This document shows positions 23,841 to 32,000 of a stretch of DNA of 32,000 nt, piece after piece; position 1 is the first letter of the stretch; each line of letters begins with the position of its first letter. The position numbers and the translations under genes are program-made. The notes under the pieces are model-generated. The model made no database searches and had not been told where the DNA came from. It worked only from the letters and a program-made list of their open reading frames with translations. This DNA is from Acaryochloris marina S15 (GTDB lineage Bacteria > Cyanobacteriota > Cyanobacteriia > Thermosynechococcales > Thermosynechococcaceae), in contig NZ_CP064923.1 in assembly GCF_018336915.1 (NCBI RefSeq), positions 4,080,001-4,112,000 on the forward strand. Reading direction: 5' to 3'.

Positions 23841-25577
23841 CTAATAGTAAGTACCCACCTGTCGATGATGGACTGCTGTGAGGCTATCAGGCTTAGACAC
23901 CTTACCCACCGTAACCTCGCTATAGACCAACCAATGGTCGCTACATTCCATCCGGCTGATGACTTTACATTCCATATAGGAGAGAGCGTCTGCCAAAATA
24001 GGAGACCCATTTTCAGCCGTGCGCGTTTTGACCCCTGCAAATCGATCGGCCCCAGGTGGAAATCGCTTGAGGAAATGACTCATCAAGCTGGCATAATTAT
24101 CGGCTTCTAAGACATTGATAACAAAGGTATCACCGACCTGCATCAGGGATTCGATCGCCCGATCTTTCGCCACGGCCACTGTAAACCCGAGGGGTTCAAA
24201 GCTAGCTTGGGCAACCCAGGAGGCCAGCATGGCCCCGTTCAGATCACCTTTATGGGCCGTAAGAATATAAAGGCCACTGCTAAGACGGCCTAGGGCTTTC
24301 TCCAAATCACCATCAATCTCTTTGATCTTCTTGATGTTTTCCTTCAGAGTCAATTTTTGGCCCAGGTCCGTTCCAGATTCTTCACAGGCTTGGTAAATCG
24401 CTTCAGTGGGGGTGTCCTTGACCCGAATCGCGCTAAAGGCTTCCTTTGAACCCGTGTCTTTAAACCGAGTCAATAGGGGATCAATGGGCTGATCGTCACC
24501 CCCATAGGATTCAAAAACACCAAAAATCTGCTTACTCTTGGCAGCCGCTAAAATCTGGCTAATTGCAGTTTGGGCAACCGTAGCGTAACGGCCTGACGCA
24601 GGTGGAGTCGTGACGACAAACGCAGAAACATAGTTGATTAGTTCCTGTACTTCTTGCACATCAGCGACTTTCAAATCCATCATCTCGACGGCGACCCCGG
24701 TCTTAGAAATGCCGCGGGCAATCGCTTGGGAGAGGCGATCGCTATAGCCGTAATCGGAGATATAAAAGACCGCTGCTGTTTTCTCTGCTTTGGATTTCTC
24801 CTTACTCCACTTGCGATACCGTTCTGTTAGCTCTTGAACATTGTGACGGAGAAGAGGGCCATGGCCAGTCGCAATGGTGTTAATGCCTTCTAGCTTGTCC
24901 ATCCGCTTCATGGCTCCAAGAACAGAGCGAGCGTTGGGTCCCATCAGACATTCGTAGTAAAACCGATAGTCTGGTGAGAGGGCTTCTAGATTGGCATCAA
25001 AGGTATCGTCGGTGCAAAAGTGAGAGCCAAAGGCATCACAGGTATAGAGGATTTGAGTCTTGTGATCGTAGGTGAAGATGGTATCGGGCCAGTGCAAATT
25101 GGGGGCATTGAGGAATTCCAAAACATGACCTTGGCCGAGGTCAATTTGATCGCCATTTTTGGCAATCTGGCTGTTGAAGGACTGGTGAACAAGGTTTTCT
25201 AAAAAGCTGAGGGCAATTTTGGCGCCGACAACGGTGATATTAGGAGCGAGGGCTAAGACATCTTTAACCAGGCCACTATGGTCAGGCTCGGTGTGGCTAA
25301 TAACCAGATAATCAATCTCAGCTGGGTCAATTTCACCCTTGAGGAGGCTGAGGTATAGCTCTCGGAACTTCTCATGGGACGTGTCAATCAGGGCGACTTT
25401 GTCACCCCGGACTAGATAGGAGTTGTAGGTGGTACCGTTCTGTAACCCGAACTCGATGTCAAAGCGATCACGATCCCAATCCAAGGAGCGCATCACGGTG
25501 GTCTCTTCCCCAATCTCAAGGGTTTGCGTGGTTAATCGGTTGTCGGATTGTACGTTGCGATCGCCTAGTGCTACCAT
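23841..25577 (-). CDS. Class-C flavodiiron protein, Flv3/Flv4-type (canonical diiron site)
   Basis: 578 aa. It has SLDWDRDRFDIEFGLQNGTTYNSYL, the canonical HTEPDH motif, and flavodoxin-like and flavin-reductase-like domains. An RBS (ggagg) lies 6 nt upstream of the ATG at 25577. Confidence 0.92.
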   Translation of the reverse strand: MVALGDRNVQSDNRLTTQTLEIGEETTVMRSLDWDRDRFDIEFGLQNGTTYNSYLVRGDKVALIDTSHEKFRELYLSLLKGEIDPAEIDYLVISHTEPDHSGLVKDVLALAPNITVVGAKIALSFLENLVHQSFNSQIAKNGDQIDLGQGHVLEFLNAPNLHWPDTIFTYDHKTQILYTCDAFGSHFCTDDTFDANLEALSPDYRFYYECLMGPNARSVLGAMKRMDKLEGINTIATGHGPLLRHNVQELTERYRKWSKEKSKAEKTAAVFYISDYGYSDRLSQAIARGISKTGVAVEMMDLKVADVQEVQELINYVSAFVVTTPPASGRYATVAQTAISQILAAAKSKQIFGVFESYGGDDQPIDPLLTRFKDTGSKEAFSAIRVKDTPTEAIYQACEESGTDLGQKLTLKENIKKIKEIDGDLEKALGRLSSGLYILTAHKGDLNGAMLASWVAQASFEPLGFTVAVAKDRAIESLMQVGDTFVINVLEADNYASLMSHFLKRFPPGADRFAGVKTRTAENGSPILADALSYMECKVISRMECSDHWLVYSEVTVGKVSKPDSLTAVHHRQVGTYY

Positions 25578-25593
25578 CAGCCACCTCCAATGC

Positions 25594-25621
25594 TATTGCA
25601 AATTGTTAAGATATATTGCAA
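25594..25621 (-). promoter_or_regulatory. Direct repeat TATTGCAA x2 (20-bp spacing) in the flv operon leader/promoter
   Basis: tattgcaa occurs at 25594-25601 and at 25614-25621, 17-44 nt upstream of the flv start codon. On the coding strand it reads TTGCAATA. Confidence 0.3.
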
Positions 25622-25687
25622 TTCTAGCTTAATATCTCCCTTGGCTTTGATTAGAAGTTGTGATGAATGGCATAGAGTTTTCCTGTT

Positions 25688-26605
25688 TCAGGCCATGCCT
25701 GTCGCTTTGCCTGCAAACTCGAATTGGATTTCCTGGAGGGTGCGACGCAATGCCCCGCCATGAATCCAGCCCACAAATCCACTGAATAGGCACTGGTCCT
25801 GGGGGGAGGCCAGAAACACATGATCCACCCGAGCAGGATTCTTCCATAACCGCAGGGTTAAGCCGGAGTCAAAGATCAGGGATACTTTCGCTTTATCAAA
25901 ATCTCGCTGGTGGGCATCCGTCATTCCGGGGACGGCCTGCAGCCGTTGAATAATCTCTAGCTCAGGGGATGGCTTGACAGGGAGGGGTTGACGAGGAATT
26001 TGCCAAAACTCCCGGATGGCGCTATCAATCGCTGCATCATTACGTTGAGCACTATGGACAATATCGGGCAATACGACATGGTGAGCATGATCAAATTGGG
26101 TAGCTCCCAGCATGATTAAGCCATCACTGCCGCCATCGGTATTGCTGGCAATGGAGAGGGTTGGTATTGTGGCTGCGATCGCACTCGCCATACTTCGCCG
26201 ATTCTTACCCAAATCCCGGGCAATCCCTAGCCCCACTTCCAAGGGATCCATGATCCGACAGACATCCGATCCGCCCACGGGGGACCCGACTAAAACAAGA
26301 GACTCTACCTGGGGCCACCACTCTGGATGACGATGCAATACCTCTAACCAAATCAACCCACCCATGGAATGTCCCACAACGCGAACCGGGAGTTGAGGAT
26401 GGTCCGACATCATCTGAGTGGCAATGGCTTCCACATGTTGAACCAAGGGTTCAATCCGCAGCCAGGTCCGCCACCACCCTAGATTAGGAGAAATGATCTT
26501 GGTATTAGCGGGGGCAACTCTTCTCGCCAAACGAGCCATGGCCCCATTGGTATCGGCCCAACCATGCTGGACAAATAGCAGGCGTTCTGGAATCGAAGAC
26601 GTCAT
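25688..26605 (-). CDS. Alpha/beta hydrolase (lipase/esterase-like) with a C-terminal extension
   Basis: 305 aa. It has the nucleophile elbow GHSMGG. It lies on the same strand as the flv operon, 110 nt upstream of it. Confidence 0.8.
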   Translation of the reverse strand: MTSSIPERLLFVQHGWADTNGAMARLARRVAPANTKIISPNLGWWRTWLRIEPLVQHVEAIATQMMSDHPQLPVRVVGHSMGGLIWLEVLHRHPEWWPQVESLVLVGSPVGGSDVCRIMDPLEVGLGIARDLGKNRRSMASAIAATIPTLSIASNTDGGSDGLIMLGATQFDHAHHVVLPDIVHSAQRNDAAIDSAIREFWQIPRQPLPVKPSPELEIIQRLQAVPGMTDAHQRDFDKAKVSLIFDSGLTLRLWKNPARVDHVFLASPQDQCLFSGFVGWIHGGALRRTLQEIQFEFAGKATGMA

Positions 26606-26751
26606 AGACTCCTCTTAGGAATAACAAACTTATGGTGGACCTAGACCTGTTCCAACCTCACCTTAATCCGATTTATCCCATCTTCACCTGGGCTAATATC
26701 CACTTTTGGGACTGGCTGGCCCTTAACGCCTGGCAAAATAAGGCATAACCT

Positions 26752-27630
26752 TTGACGGTGGATAGAATGACGGATCTACTGCTATCAACAGCACAACTTC
26801 CCCTGGACAATAAGCGGATTGTAATGACGGCTCCTCGGCCCTATGCAGCACGTCTGGCAACCGCAATGATTCTGCAAGGGGGGTTGCCTATCGTTATGCC
26901 CACGATAGAGACCTGTGCCTTAGACCCTTCACCCAGCTTGGATCAGGCGTTGCAACATCTCAAGGATTTTTCTTGGGTAGCCTTTACCAGTCGAACAGGT
27001 ATTCAAGCCGTCATTCTGCGGTTGCAGCAGCTAGACATCCCCTTATTCCTGCTCAATCAATGCCATATTTGCGCCATTGGCCAAGATGCAGAAAGACTGC
27101 AAGAGCTAGGCGTTCGTGTTGACCTAGTTCCCGATGAATCGAGTCCGTCGGGCATTGTGAAAGAGCTGGCTCAAATTCCTGGGATAGAAACTCAACGCAT
27201 TCTAGTTCCTATTCCCCAGGTGGAGAGGATACCAGAGCCGGATATTGTGCCCGAGTTCCTTGCCGATCTCCAACAATTGGGATTAACCGTTGTATCGGCA
27301 CCTGCCTATGTAACACGTCGGCTCAATGCCACGGACTATGCTGTCGAGCTGGAGCAGATTTATCAGGGTAGGGTAGATGCGATCGCATTCAGCAGTACCG
27401 CTGAAATCTCTGCACTATTACAGATGGTGGATAGCAAAACACTGATGAAACATTGTGTGATCGCCTGCTTTGGCCCCTATACCGCTGGGAATGCAAAAGC
27501 CTTAGGGCTATCCGTTGATATAGTGTCCAAGGACTTTAGTTCATTTACAGGCTTTGTCGAAGCCATCGCTCAATTTTTCCACCCAGCTTCCGCAGATATC
27601 CCTAGGCAGGACCCCGTAATTTTGCCGTAA
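26752..27630 (+). CDS. hemD: Uroporphyrinogen-III synthase family protein
   Basis: The HEM4-like two-lobe pattern is present (RIVMTAPRP, WVAFTSRTGIQAV, ICAIGQDAERL, AIAFSSTAE, CFGPYTAGNAKALG). The ORF opens at TTG 26752. An alternative start is the ATG at 26767. Confidence 0.75.
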   Translation: MTVDRMTDLLLSTAQLPLDNKRIVMTAPRPYAARLATAMILQGGLPIVMPTIETCALDPSPSLDQALQHLKDFSWVAFTSRTGIQAVILRLQQLDIPLFLLNQCHICAIGQDAERLQELGVRVDLVPDESSPSGIVKELAQIPGIETQRILVPIPQVERIPEPDIVPEFLADLQQLGLTVVSAPAYVTRRLNATDYAVELEQIYQGRVDAIAFSSTAEISALLQMVDSKTLMKHCVIACFGPYTAGNAKALGLSVDIVSKDFSSFTGFVEAIAQFFHPASADIPRQDPVILP

Positions 27631-27703
27631 ACTGTAAATACGTAAATTCGCCCCTGGCCAACCTTCTGTGAGCAAGGCCAGTACCTGGAGTTTTTGAGAC
27701 ACC

Positions 27704-28771
27704 ATGTATCAGACCGCCGACCTTCATGTCGTTGAAACCCGTCCCTTGATTAGTCCTGCTTTGCTCCATCATGAAGTTCCTTTGACGGATACAGCGGCTG
27801 CCCTCGTCGCAGAAACACGCGATCGCATCCGCAATATTCTGCGCAACGAGGATCAGCGCCTCTTAGTCATTGTCGGTCCTTGTTCGGTTCATGACGTCGA
27901 TGCAGCATTGGAATATGGCAAAAAGCTCGCCGTGTTACGGGAACAGCTTTCCGATCAGCTAGAAATTGTCATGCGGGTGTATTTTGAAAAACCTCGGACT
28001 ACCATCGGTTGGAAAGGGCTGATCAACGACCCTCATCTAGATGGTAGCTATGAAATTAATACAGGCTTGCGCTTGGCTCGTCAGTTGCTGTTGGATTTAG
28101 CCAATTTAGGCTTGCCCGCTGCGACAGAATTGCTCGATCCCATTACCCCTCAATATATTGCTGATGTGATTACCTGGACTGCCATTGGCGCTCGGACCAC
28201 GGAAAGCCAAACCCATCGGGAGATGGCCTCGGGTTTATCCATGCCGATTGGTTTCAAAAACAACACCGATGGTAGTTTGCAAGCGGCGACTAACGCGATG
28301 CTAGCCGCCAACCAACCCCATCGTTTTTTAGGCATCAACCACCACGGCCTCGCCAGTATCGTCAAAACCACGGGCAATCCTGATACTCATTTGGTCCTCC
28401 GAGGTGGAAAGCAAGGCCCCAACTATGCCGAAGAGAATGTAGAACAGGCCACGAAAGAACTTTCCAAGCACAATCTAAACCCCAGAGTCATGGTGGACTG
28501 TAGCCATGCCAATGCCAATAAAGACCACAATCGGCAAGTCGAGGTATTAAAAGAAGTAGCACGGCAACTCGATCATGGCTCACAGCGGTTGTTAGGGGTG
28601 ATGATCGAAAGCCATTTAGTGGCTGGGAACCAATCCATTTCAGAAGATTTGAGCCAGCTAACCTATGGACAAAGCATCACGGATGCCTGTGTCAATTTCG
28701 AAACAACAACCGAAATGTTGACCACCTTGGCAAAATCAGTTCGCGGTGCTGACAAGGTCTCCGTGAGCTAA
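27704..28771 (+). CDS. aroG: 3-deoxy-7-phosphoheptulonate (DAHP) synthase, class I
   Basis: 355 aa. Class I signatures are present (LLVIVGPCSVHD, YFEKPRTTIGWKGLINDP, IGARTTESQ.HRE, VMVDCSHAN). Confidence 0.92.
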   Translation: MYQTADLHVVETRPLISPALLHHEVPLTDTAAALVAETRDRIRNILRNEDQRLLVIVGPCSVHDVDAALEYGKKLAVLREQLSDQLEIVMRVYFEKPRTTIGWKGLINDPHLDGSYEINTGLRLARQLLLDLANLGLPAATELLDPITPQYIADVITWTAIGARTTESQTHREMASGLSMPIGFKNNTDGSLQAATNAMLAANQPHRFLGINHHGLASIVKTTGNPDTHLVLRGGKQGPNYAEENVEQATKELSKHNLNPRVMVDCSHANANKDHNRQVEVLKEVARQLDHGSQRLLGVMIESHLVAGNQSISEDLSQLTYGQSITDACVNFETTTEMLTTLAKSVRGADKVSVS

Positions 28772-28784
28772 CTTCCCACATTTT

Positions 28785-29603
28785 TTAAGGTGTGAGCAGT
28801 TTCTTCTTTTGCTCATCAGTCAAAATTGACAGGATACGTTGTTGAGCCAAGGATTCAACTTCTTGCAACTGGGATTTTTGATTGCCTGTGAGATTAAGCT
28901 GTTGCAGCGCAGCTGCTTGGGAGAGCTTTGCCGATTGCAGGGTTTGTAATTGCTTTTGTTGATCTGGGCTCAGAATATTTTGGATTTGGGCCTGGGCTAA
29001 CGCCTGAACTTGCTGCACTTGCGCCTGTTGCTCAGTCGTCAGATTCAAGGCCGCTAGGGCTGAAGGGGGTGACGAGGATGGAGCAGGCGGTGTAGAGGGG
29101 ACAGGAGCAGCAGGCGTGGGAGCGGGCGCAGTCGATGGTCCCTTTTGAAGCTGTTGTTTCTGGTCTGCATTCAGAATAGAGAGCAGTCGCTGCTGAGCAA
29201 TGGATTCAATTTCTTTCAGCTGGTTAATTTGGTCCGGTGACAGGTTGAGCTTAGACAAGGCGGCCCCTTTGGATGCCCCTGAAGCTTGTAGCGATTGCAG
29301 TTCTGACCATTGGGCTGGAGTCAAGACACTTTTGACCTGGGCTTGGATCAAAGCATCAATTCTTTTGATCTGGGTCTCTTGAGCAGCACTCAGATTCAAC
29401 GAAGATAGAGGATTGGCTGGGGGGGCTTGGGCAATGAATGAGGGTTGCGCAACAGGCGCTATCGGTGCAGTACTGGCAAGTTGTTTCGGAGTGAAATTCA
29501 GTTGTGCTGGAAACTCCAAGGGCTTTTGGGCTTGAGCTGCAGGCTGAGTGAGGGTGAATGCGATCGCACCCACAACAACAGAAATTAGTTTGGGTTTGAT
29601 CAT
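28785..29603 (-). CDS. Secreted/periplasmic protein with repeated LTXXQ-like motifs (CpxP/Spy-like), internally duplicated
   Basis: The ORF opens at 29663. The ATG at 29603 gives a signal-peptide-like N-terminus (MIKPKLISVVVGAIAFTLTQPAAQA). Two ~85-aa units each hold four L[ST/N]xxQ motifs, and a Pro-rich linker separates the units. Confidence 0.7.
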   Translation of the reverse strand: MIKPKLISVVVGAIAFTLTQPAAQAQKPLEFPAQLNFTPKQLASTAPIAPVAQPSFIAQAPPANPLSSLNLSAAQETQIKRIDALIQAQVKSVLTPAQWSELQSLQASGASKGAALSKLNLSPDQINQLKEIESIAQQRLLSILNADQKQQLQKGPSTAPAPTPAAPVPSTPPAPSSSPPSALAALNLTTEQQAQVQQVQALAQAQIQNILSPDQQKQLQTLQSAKLSQAAALQQLNLTGNQKSQLQEVESLAQQRILSILTDEQKKKLLTP

Positions 29604-29758
29604 GTTTAAAAGCATCAAGAATTCAGCAATCAGTCTACTCTCTGGGGGCTTCACAGATAACAAGTTGTTAACCTGGGCGATGAATCAGAGAAGGAGGGTC
29701 TACAAAGAAAGAAGAAAAGTAAGCCCATTTTGTTTCACAGCATAGGACATCTTTCTCC

Positions 29759-30145
29759 ATGCAGGATGAGCAGGTTATTCTTGACACCAACGCCGCTTTT
29801 TATCGAGCTTTTGAGAAAAAAGATCTAGCAGCCATGCAAAAGGTATGGTCCCACGGCATTGCTAGTATCTGTGTTCATCCCGGCCGAGGGGAATTGAAGG
29901 GGTGGGACGCCATTGAGTCGTCCTGGGAAAAAATCTTCCAGAATACCGCCTATCTTGAAATTGACACCAAAATCATTACGGTCAACCGCAGCGGAGAGTT
30001 AGCCTATGTTGTGCTCATTGAAAAAGTGTTGCAGGTCGCCCAACGTCGCCAACAAAAAGCTGAATCCATGGCCACCAACATTTTTGAGCGCATGGGCCAG
30101 GACTGGTATTTAGTTCATCATCATGGCAGCCCCATTGTCAGTTAG
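29759..30145 (+). CDS. NTF2-like / SnoaL-like (DUF4440-type) small protein
   Basis: 128 aa. It follows the NTF2-fold pattern: N-terminal helix (NAAFYRAFEKKDLAAM), then VHPG..L.GWDAI and a C-terminal W.LVHHHGSP. Confidence 0.65.
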   Translation: MQDEQVILDTNAAFYRAFEKKDLAAMQKVWSHGIASICVHPGRGELKGWDAIESSWEKIFQNTAYLEIDTKIITVNRSGELAYVVLIEKVLQVAQRRQQKAESMATNIFERMGQDWYLVHHHGSPIVS

Positions 30146-30208
30146 ACCCTGGAGCAATACAGCTAGTAGCTGGCAATGGCGTCTCAAGTCCTCACCATGA
30201 GTTGAGAA

Positions 30209-30820
30209 TTAGCGTTTCTTTTTCTTCTTCAGCTTTTTGAGGAATTCAGGATCTTCTCGCATGGTCCGAGAGACCGTACGAAAGGCATTTTCGACTTGGG
30301 GTATTGGCAAATACGTATCGGCTTCTAAGGCCAACATCACCTTACTGCCATCACTTAAAGGCACCAGATAAATTTCGACGATGTTGTAGCCCCGATTGGT
30401 GCGTTTATACTGCAACTCTCCTGCCAACATTTGTCCCAGGAAGCGACGCTGATGATATTCTCGTGCCGGAGCATTAATCCCTAAATAGGTTGTTTTGAGA
30501 TACCCCAGTAACTCTTCATCTTCCATATTCAGCAGTTCTAGCCAGTCGGCAGCTAAGGAGGCCATGCGGATTTTGAGTTTGCGGTTTCCTTTTTGCGCCA
30601 CTACACCGACGGTATCGTTGCCTAAGGATTTGACCTCGGAAAAGCCTTTTGGGGTTTCAAAGATCAGGCCATTGGCAAAGTGGGTGAGACGGTTGGGTTG
30701 CGATTTAGCCTGGGTATCTGCTGTGGGAGCTTCCTCAGCTAGACTGGCGAGAGGAAGAAAAGTTGGGGTGAGGGCGATCAGACCTGCGATCGCAGTCGGT
30801 AACATCCGAAATTGAGTCAT
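30209..30820 (-). CDS. Hypothetical secreted protein with a poly-Lys C-terminus
   Basis: The ORF opens at TTG 30832, but the ATG at 30820 is the more likely start. The N-terminus is signal-like (MTQFRMLPTAIAGLIALTPTFLPLASLA). The C-terminus is KKLKKKKKR. I recognise no family. Confidence 0.5.
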   Translation of the reverse strand: MTQFRMLPTAIAGLIALTPTFLPLASLAEEAPTADTQAKSQPNRLTHFANGLIFETPKGFSEVKSLGNDTVGVVAQKGNRKLKIRMASLAADWLELLNMEDEELLGYLKTTYLGINAPAREYHQRRFLGQMLAGELQYKRTNRGYNIVEIYLVPLSDGSKVMLALEADTYLPIPQVENAFRTVSRTMREDPEFLKKLKKKKKR

Positions 30821-30889
30821 AGTATCAGCCAAAAACTAAGGAATCAGGACAGTTCTGAATGTCTAGCAGAAAAAGTAAATAATGTTGTC

Positions 30890-32000
30890 CTAGGGGTGGG
30901 TCATTTGCACAGGTTGCACAGATTGGTCGAACTCTTCGGCAGTCATAAAACCAAGAGCGACGCAAGTTTCTCGTAAGGTTTGGCCCGTTTGATACGCTTG
31001 TTTCGCAACTTGTGCGGCCCGGTCATAACCAATTTGAGGCGTTAGCGCAGTCACTAACATCAGTGACTGATTCAGATAGGTTTCTATTTGCGACAAGTTG
31101 GGTTGAATACCAACGACCAGATAGGTTTTGAACGCACCACAAGCATCCGAAAGAATGCGAATAGAGTGCAAAAGATTGTGAATAATCACTGGCTTGAAGA
31201 CATTCAGCTCTAGGTTACCCTGACTCCCCGCAAAACTAATCGCCGTGTCATTACCAATCACTTGAGCACAGACCATCGTTAACGCTTCGCACTGAGTCGG
31301 GTTGACCTTTCCAGGCATAATGGATGACCCGGGTTCATTAGCCGGCAAGCTTAATTCCCCTAATCCACAGCGAGGTCCAGACGCCATCCAGCGCAGGTCG
31401 TTGGCAATCTTGACTAAGCTACACGCCAAGGTTTTCAACACACCACTAGCCATCACAAAGGCATCATGGGCAGCCAATCCTGCAAATTTATTGGGGGCAG
31501 TGACAAAGGGCAAGCCCGTTAATGCTGCAATTTGGTGGGCCACTCGCTCTGCAAACTCAGGGTGAGTATTCAGCCCAGTCCCCACAGCCGTTCCCCCCAA
31601 AACCAATTCATATAGGTGGGACAATGTATTCTGGAGTCTCTCTAGGTTTTGATCCAGTTGGGCAACATATCCCGAGAACTCTTGTCCTAACGTTAACGGC
31701 ACTGCATCCATCAAATGGGTGCGGCCAATTTTGACAATTCCATCAAATTCCTCAGCCTTGGTCGCGAGAGCATCACGAAGGGCAGTCACTTGGGGAATCA
31801 ATTGATGGACCAGTTGTTCCATAGCTGCAATGTGCATCGCTGTAGGAAACACATCATTCGATGACTGAGATAGGTTGACATGATCATTGGGATGGCAAGG
31901 GTCTTTACTGCCCAACTGGCCACCCGCCAATTCAATTGCACGATTGGCAATCACCTCATTCGCATTCATATTGGATTGAGTGCCACTACCTGTCTGCCAC
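30890..32000 (-). CDS. fumC: Class II fumarate hydratase, N-terminally truncated by window edge
   Basis: It has the [15 protein letters not shown] signature and [16 protein letters not shown]. The reading frame continues past the track's M at 31969 to the window end, where the reverse complement reads [15 protein letters not shown]. Confidence 0.92.
   Translation of the reverse strand, partial: WQTGSGTQSNMNANEVIANRAIELAGGQLGSKDPCHPNDHVNLSQSSNDVFPTAMHIAAMEQLVHQLIPQVTALRDALATKAEEFDGIVKIGRTHLMDAVPLTLGQEFSGYVAQLDQNLERLQNTLSHLYELVLGGTAVGTGLNTHPEFAERVAHQIAALTGLPFVTAPNKFAGLAAHDAFVMASGVLKTLACSLVKIANDLRWMASGPRCGLGELSLPANEPGSSIMPGKVNPTQCEALTMVCAQVIGNDTAISFAGSQGNLELNVFKPVIIHNLLHSIRILSDACGAFKTYLVVGIQPNLSQIETYLNQSLMLVTALTPQIGYDRAAQVAKQAYQTGQTLRETCVALGFMTAEEFDQSVQPVQMTHP

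Noticed and set aside
23798-24110. ORFs 23798-24040 (-) and 23865-24110 (+), overlapping the 3' part of the Flv3/4-type gene.
   Set aside because: Both are embedded in the well-supported flavin-reductase-domain coding region of the flv gene and have no independent support.
25629-25847. A 72-aa minus-strand ORF overlapping the 3' end of the alpha/beta-hydrolase gene and the flv upstream region.
   Set aside because: It overlaps a better-supported gene in another frame. Its product is Cys/Gly/Pro-rich and resembles nothing I know. It is probably spurious.
3122-27630. An apparent tetrapyrrole theme: Pcb antenna genes, tRNA-Glu, the GUN4-domain kinase, the bilin-binding GAF domain and hemD all fall in one window.
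   Set aside because: The genes lie on different strands and are separated by unrelated housekeeping genes and terminators. Photosynthetic genomes are rich in such genes, so I cannot show enrichment beyond chance without genome-wide statistics.
1-32000. CRISPR arrays, transposases, integrases, prophage genes, toxin-antitoxin pairs, and rRNA or tmRNA genes.
   Set aside because: I saw no regularly spaced direct-repeat arrays. No ORF showed DDE, tyrosine-recombinase or serine-recombinase motifs. No tRNA-adjacent island boundary is evident, and the tRNA-Glu flanks lack direct repeats of its 3' end.

Overview
The window looks like a cyanobacterial chromosomal segment. By eye I count at least 15 copies of the HIP1 octamer GCGATCGC. 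It also carries Pcb/IsiA antenna genes, ndhK, ftrV and class-C flavodiiron genes. I support 25 protein-coding genes (two cut by the window ends), one tRNA-Glu(UUC), three good rho-independent terminators and a few candidate operator or promoter repeats. I found no rRNA, CRISPR array, transposase, integrase or prophage signature. Most genes are housekeeping: LivF-like ABC ATPase, pheS, dusB, an M3 oligopeptidase, moeA, hemD, DAHP synthase and fumC. The best candidate for an undescribed system is a same-strand sensory cluster at 12.2-18.0 kb with three genes. The first is a Zn-ribbon Ser/Thr kinase fused to a GUN4 porphyrin-binding domain. The second is a methyl-accepting chemotaxis-type protein (MCP) with a DXCF-type cyanobacteriochrome (CBCR) GAF domain and a divergent signalling tip. 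The third is a CheA-like protein that keeps Hpt-like, CheW-like and receiver modules but has no kinase core and apparently no phospho-accepting His. Second-tier observations are listed here. (a) A tightly coupled flavodiiron operon has a FlaR-like P-loop NTPase between the two flv genes. (b) Two tandem, strongly diverged pcb/isiA paralogs differ markedly in GC content. (c) A ComB-family phosphatase carries a ~230-aa Lys/Pro/Ala-rich tail. (d) There is an orphan BrxD/DUF2791-like ATPase. (e) A periplasmic protein is internally duplicated and carries eight LTXXQ-like motifs. All functional calls rest on my reading of the translated ORFs and remembered family motifs. No database search was run.
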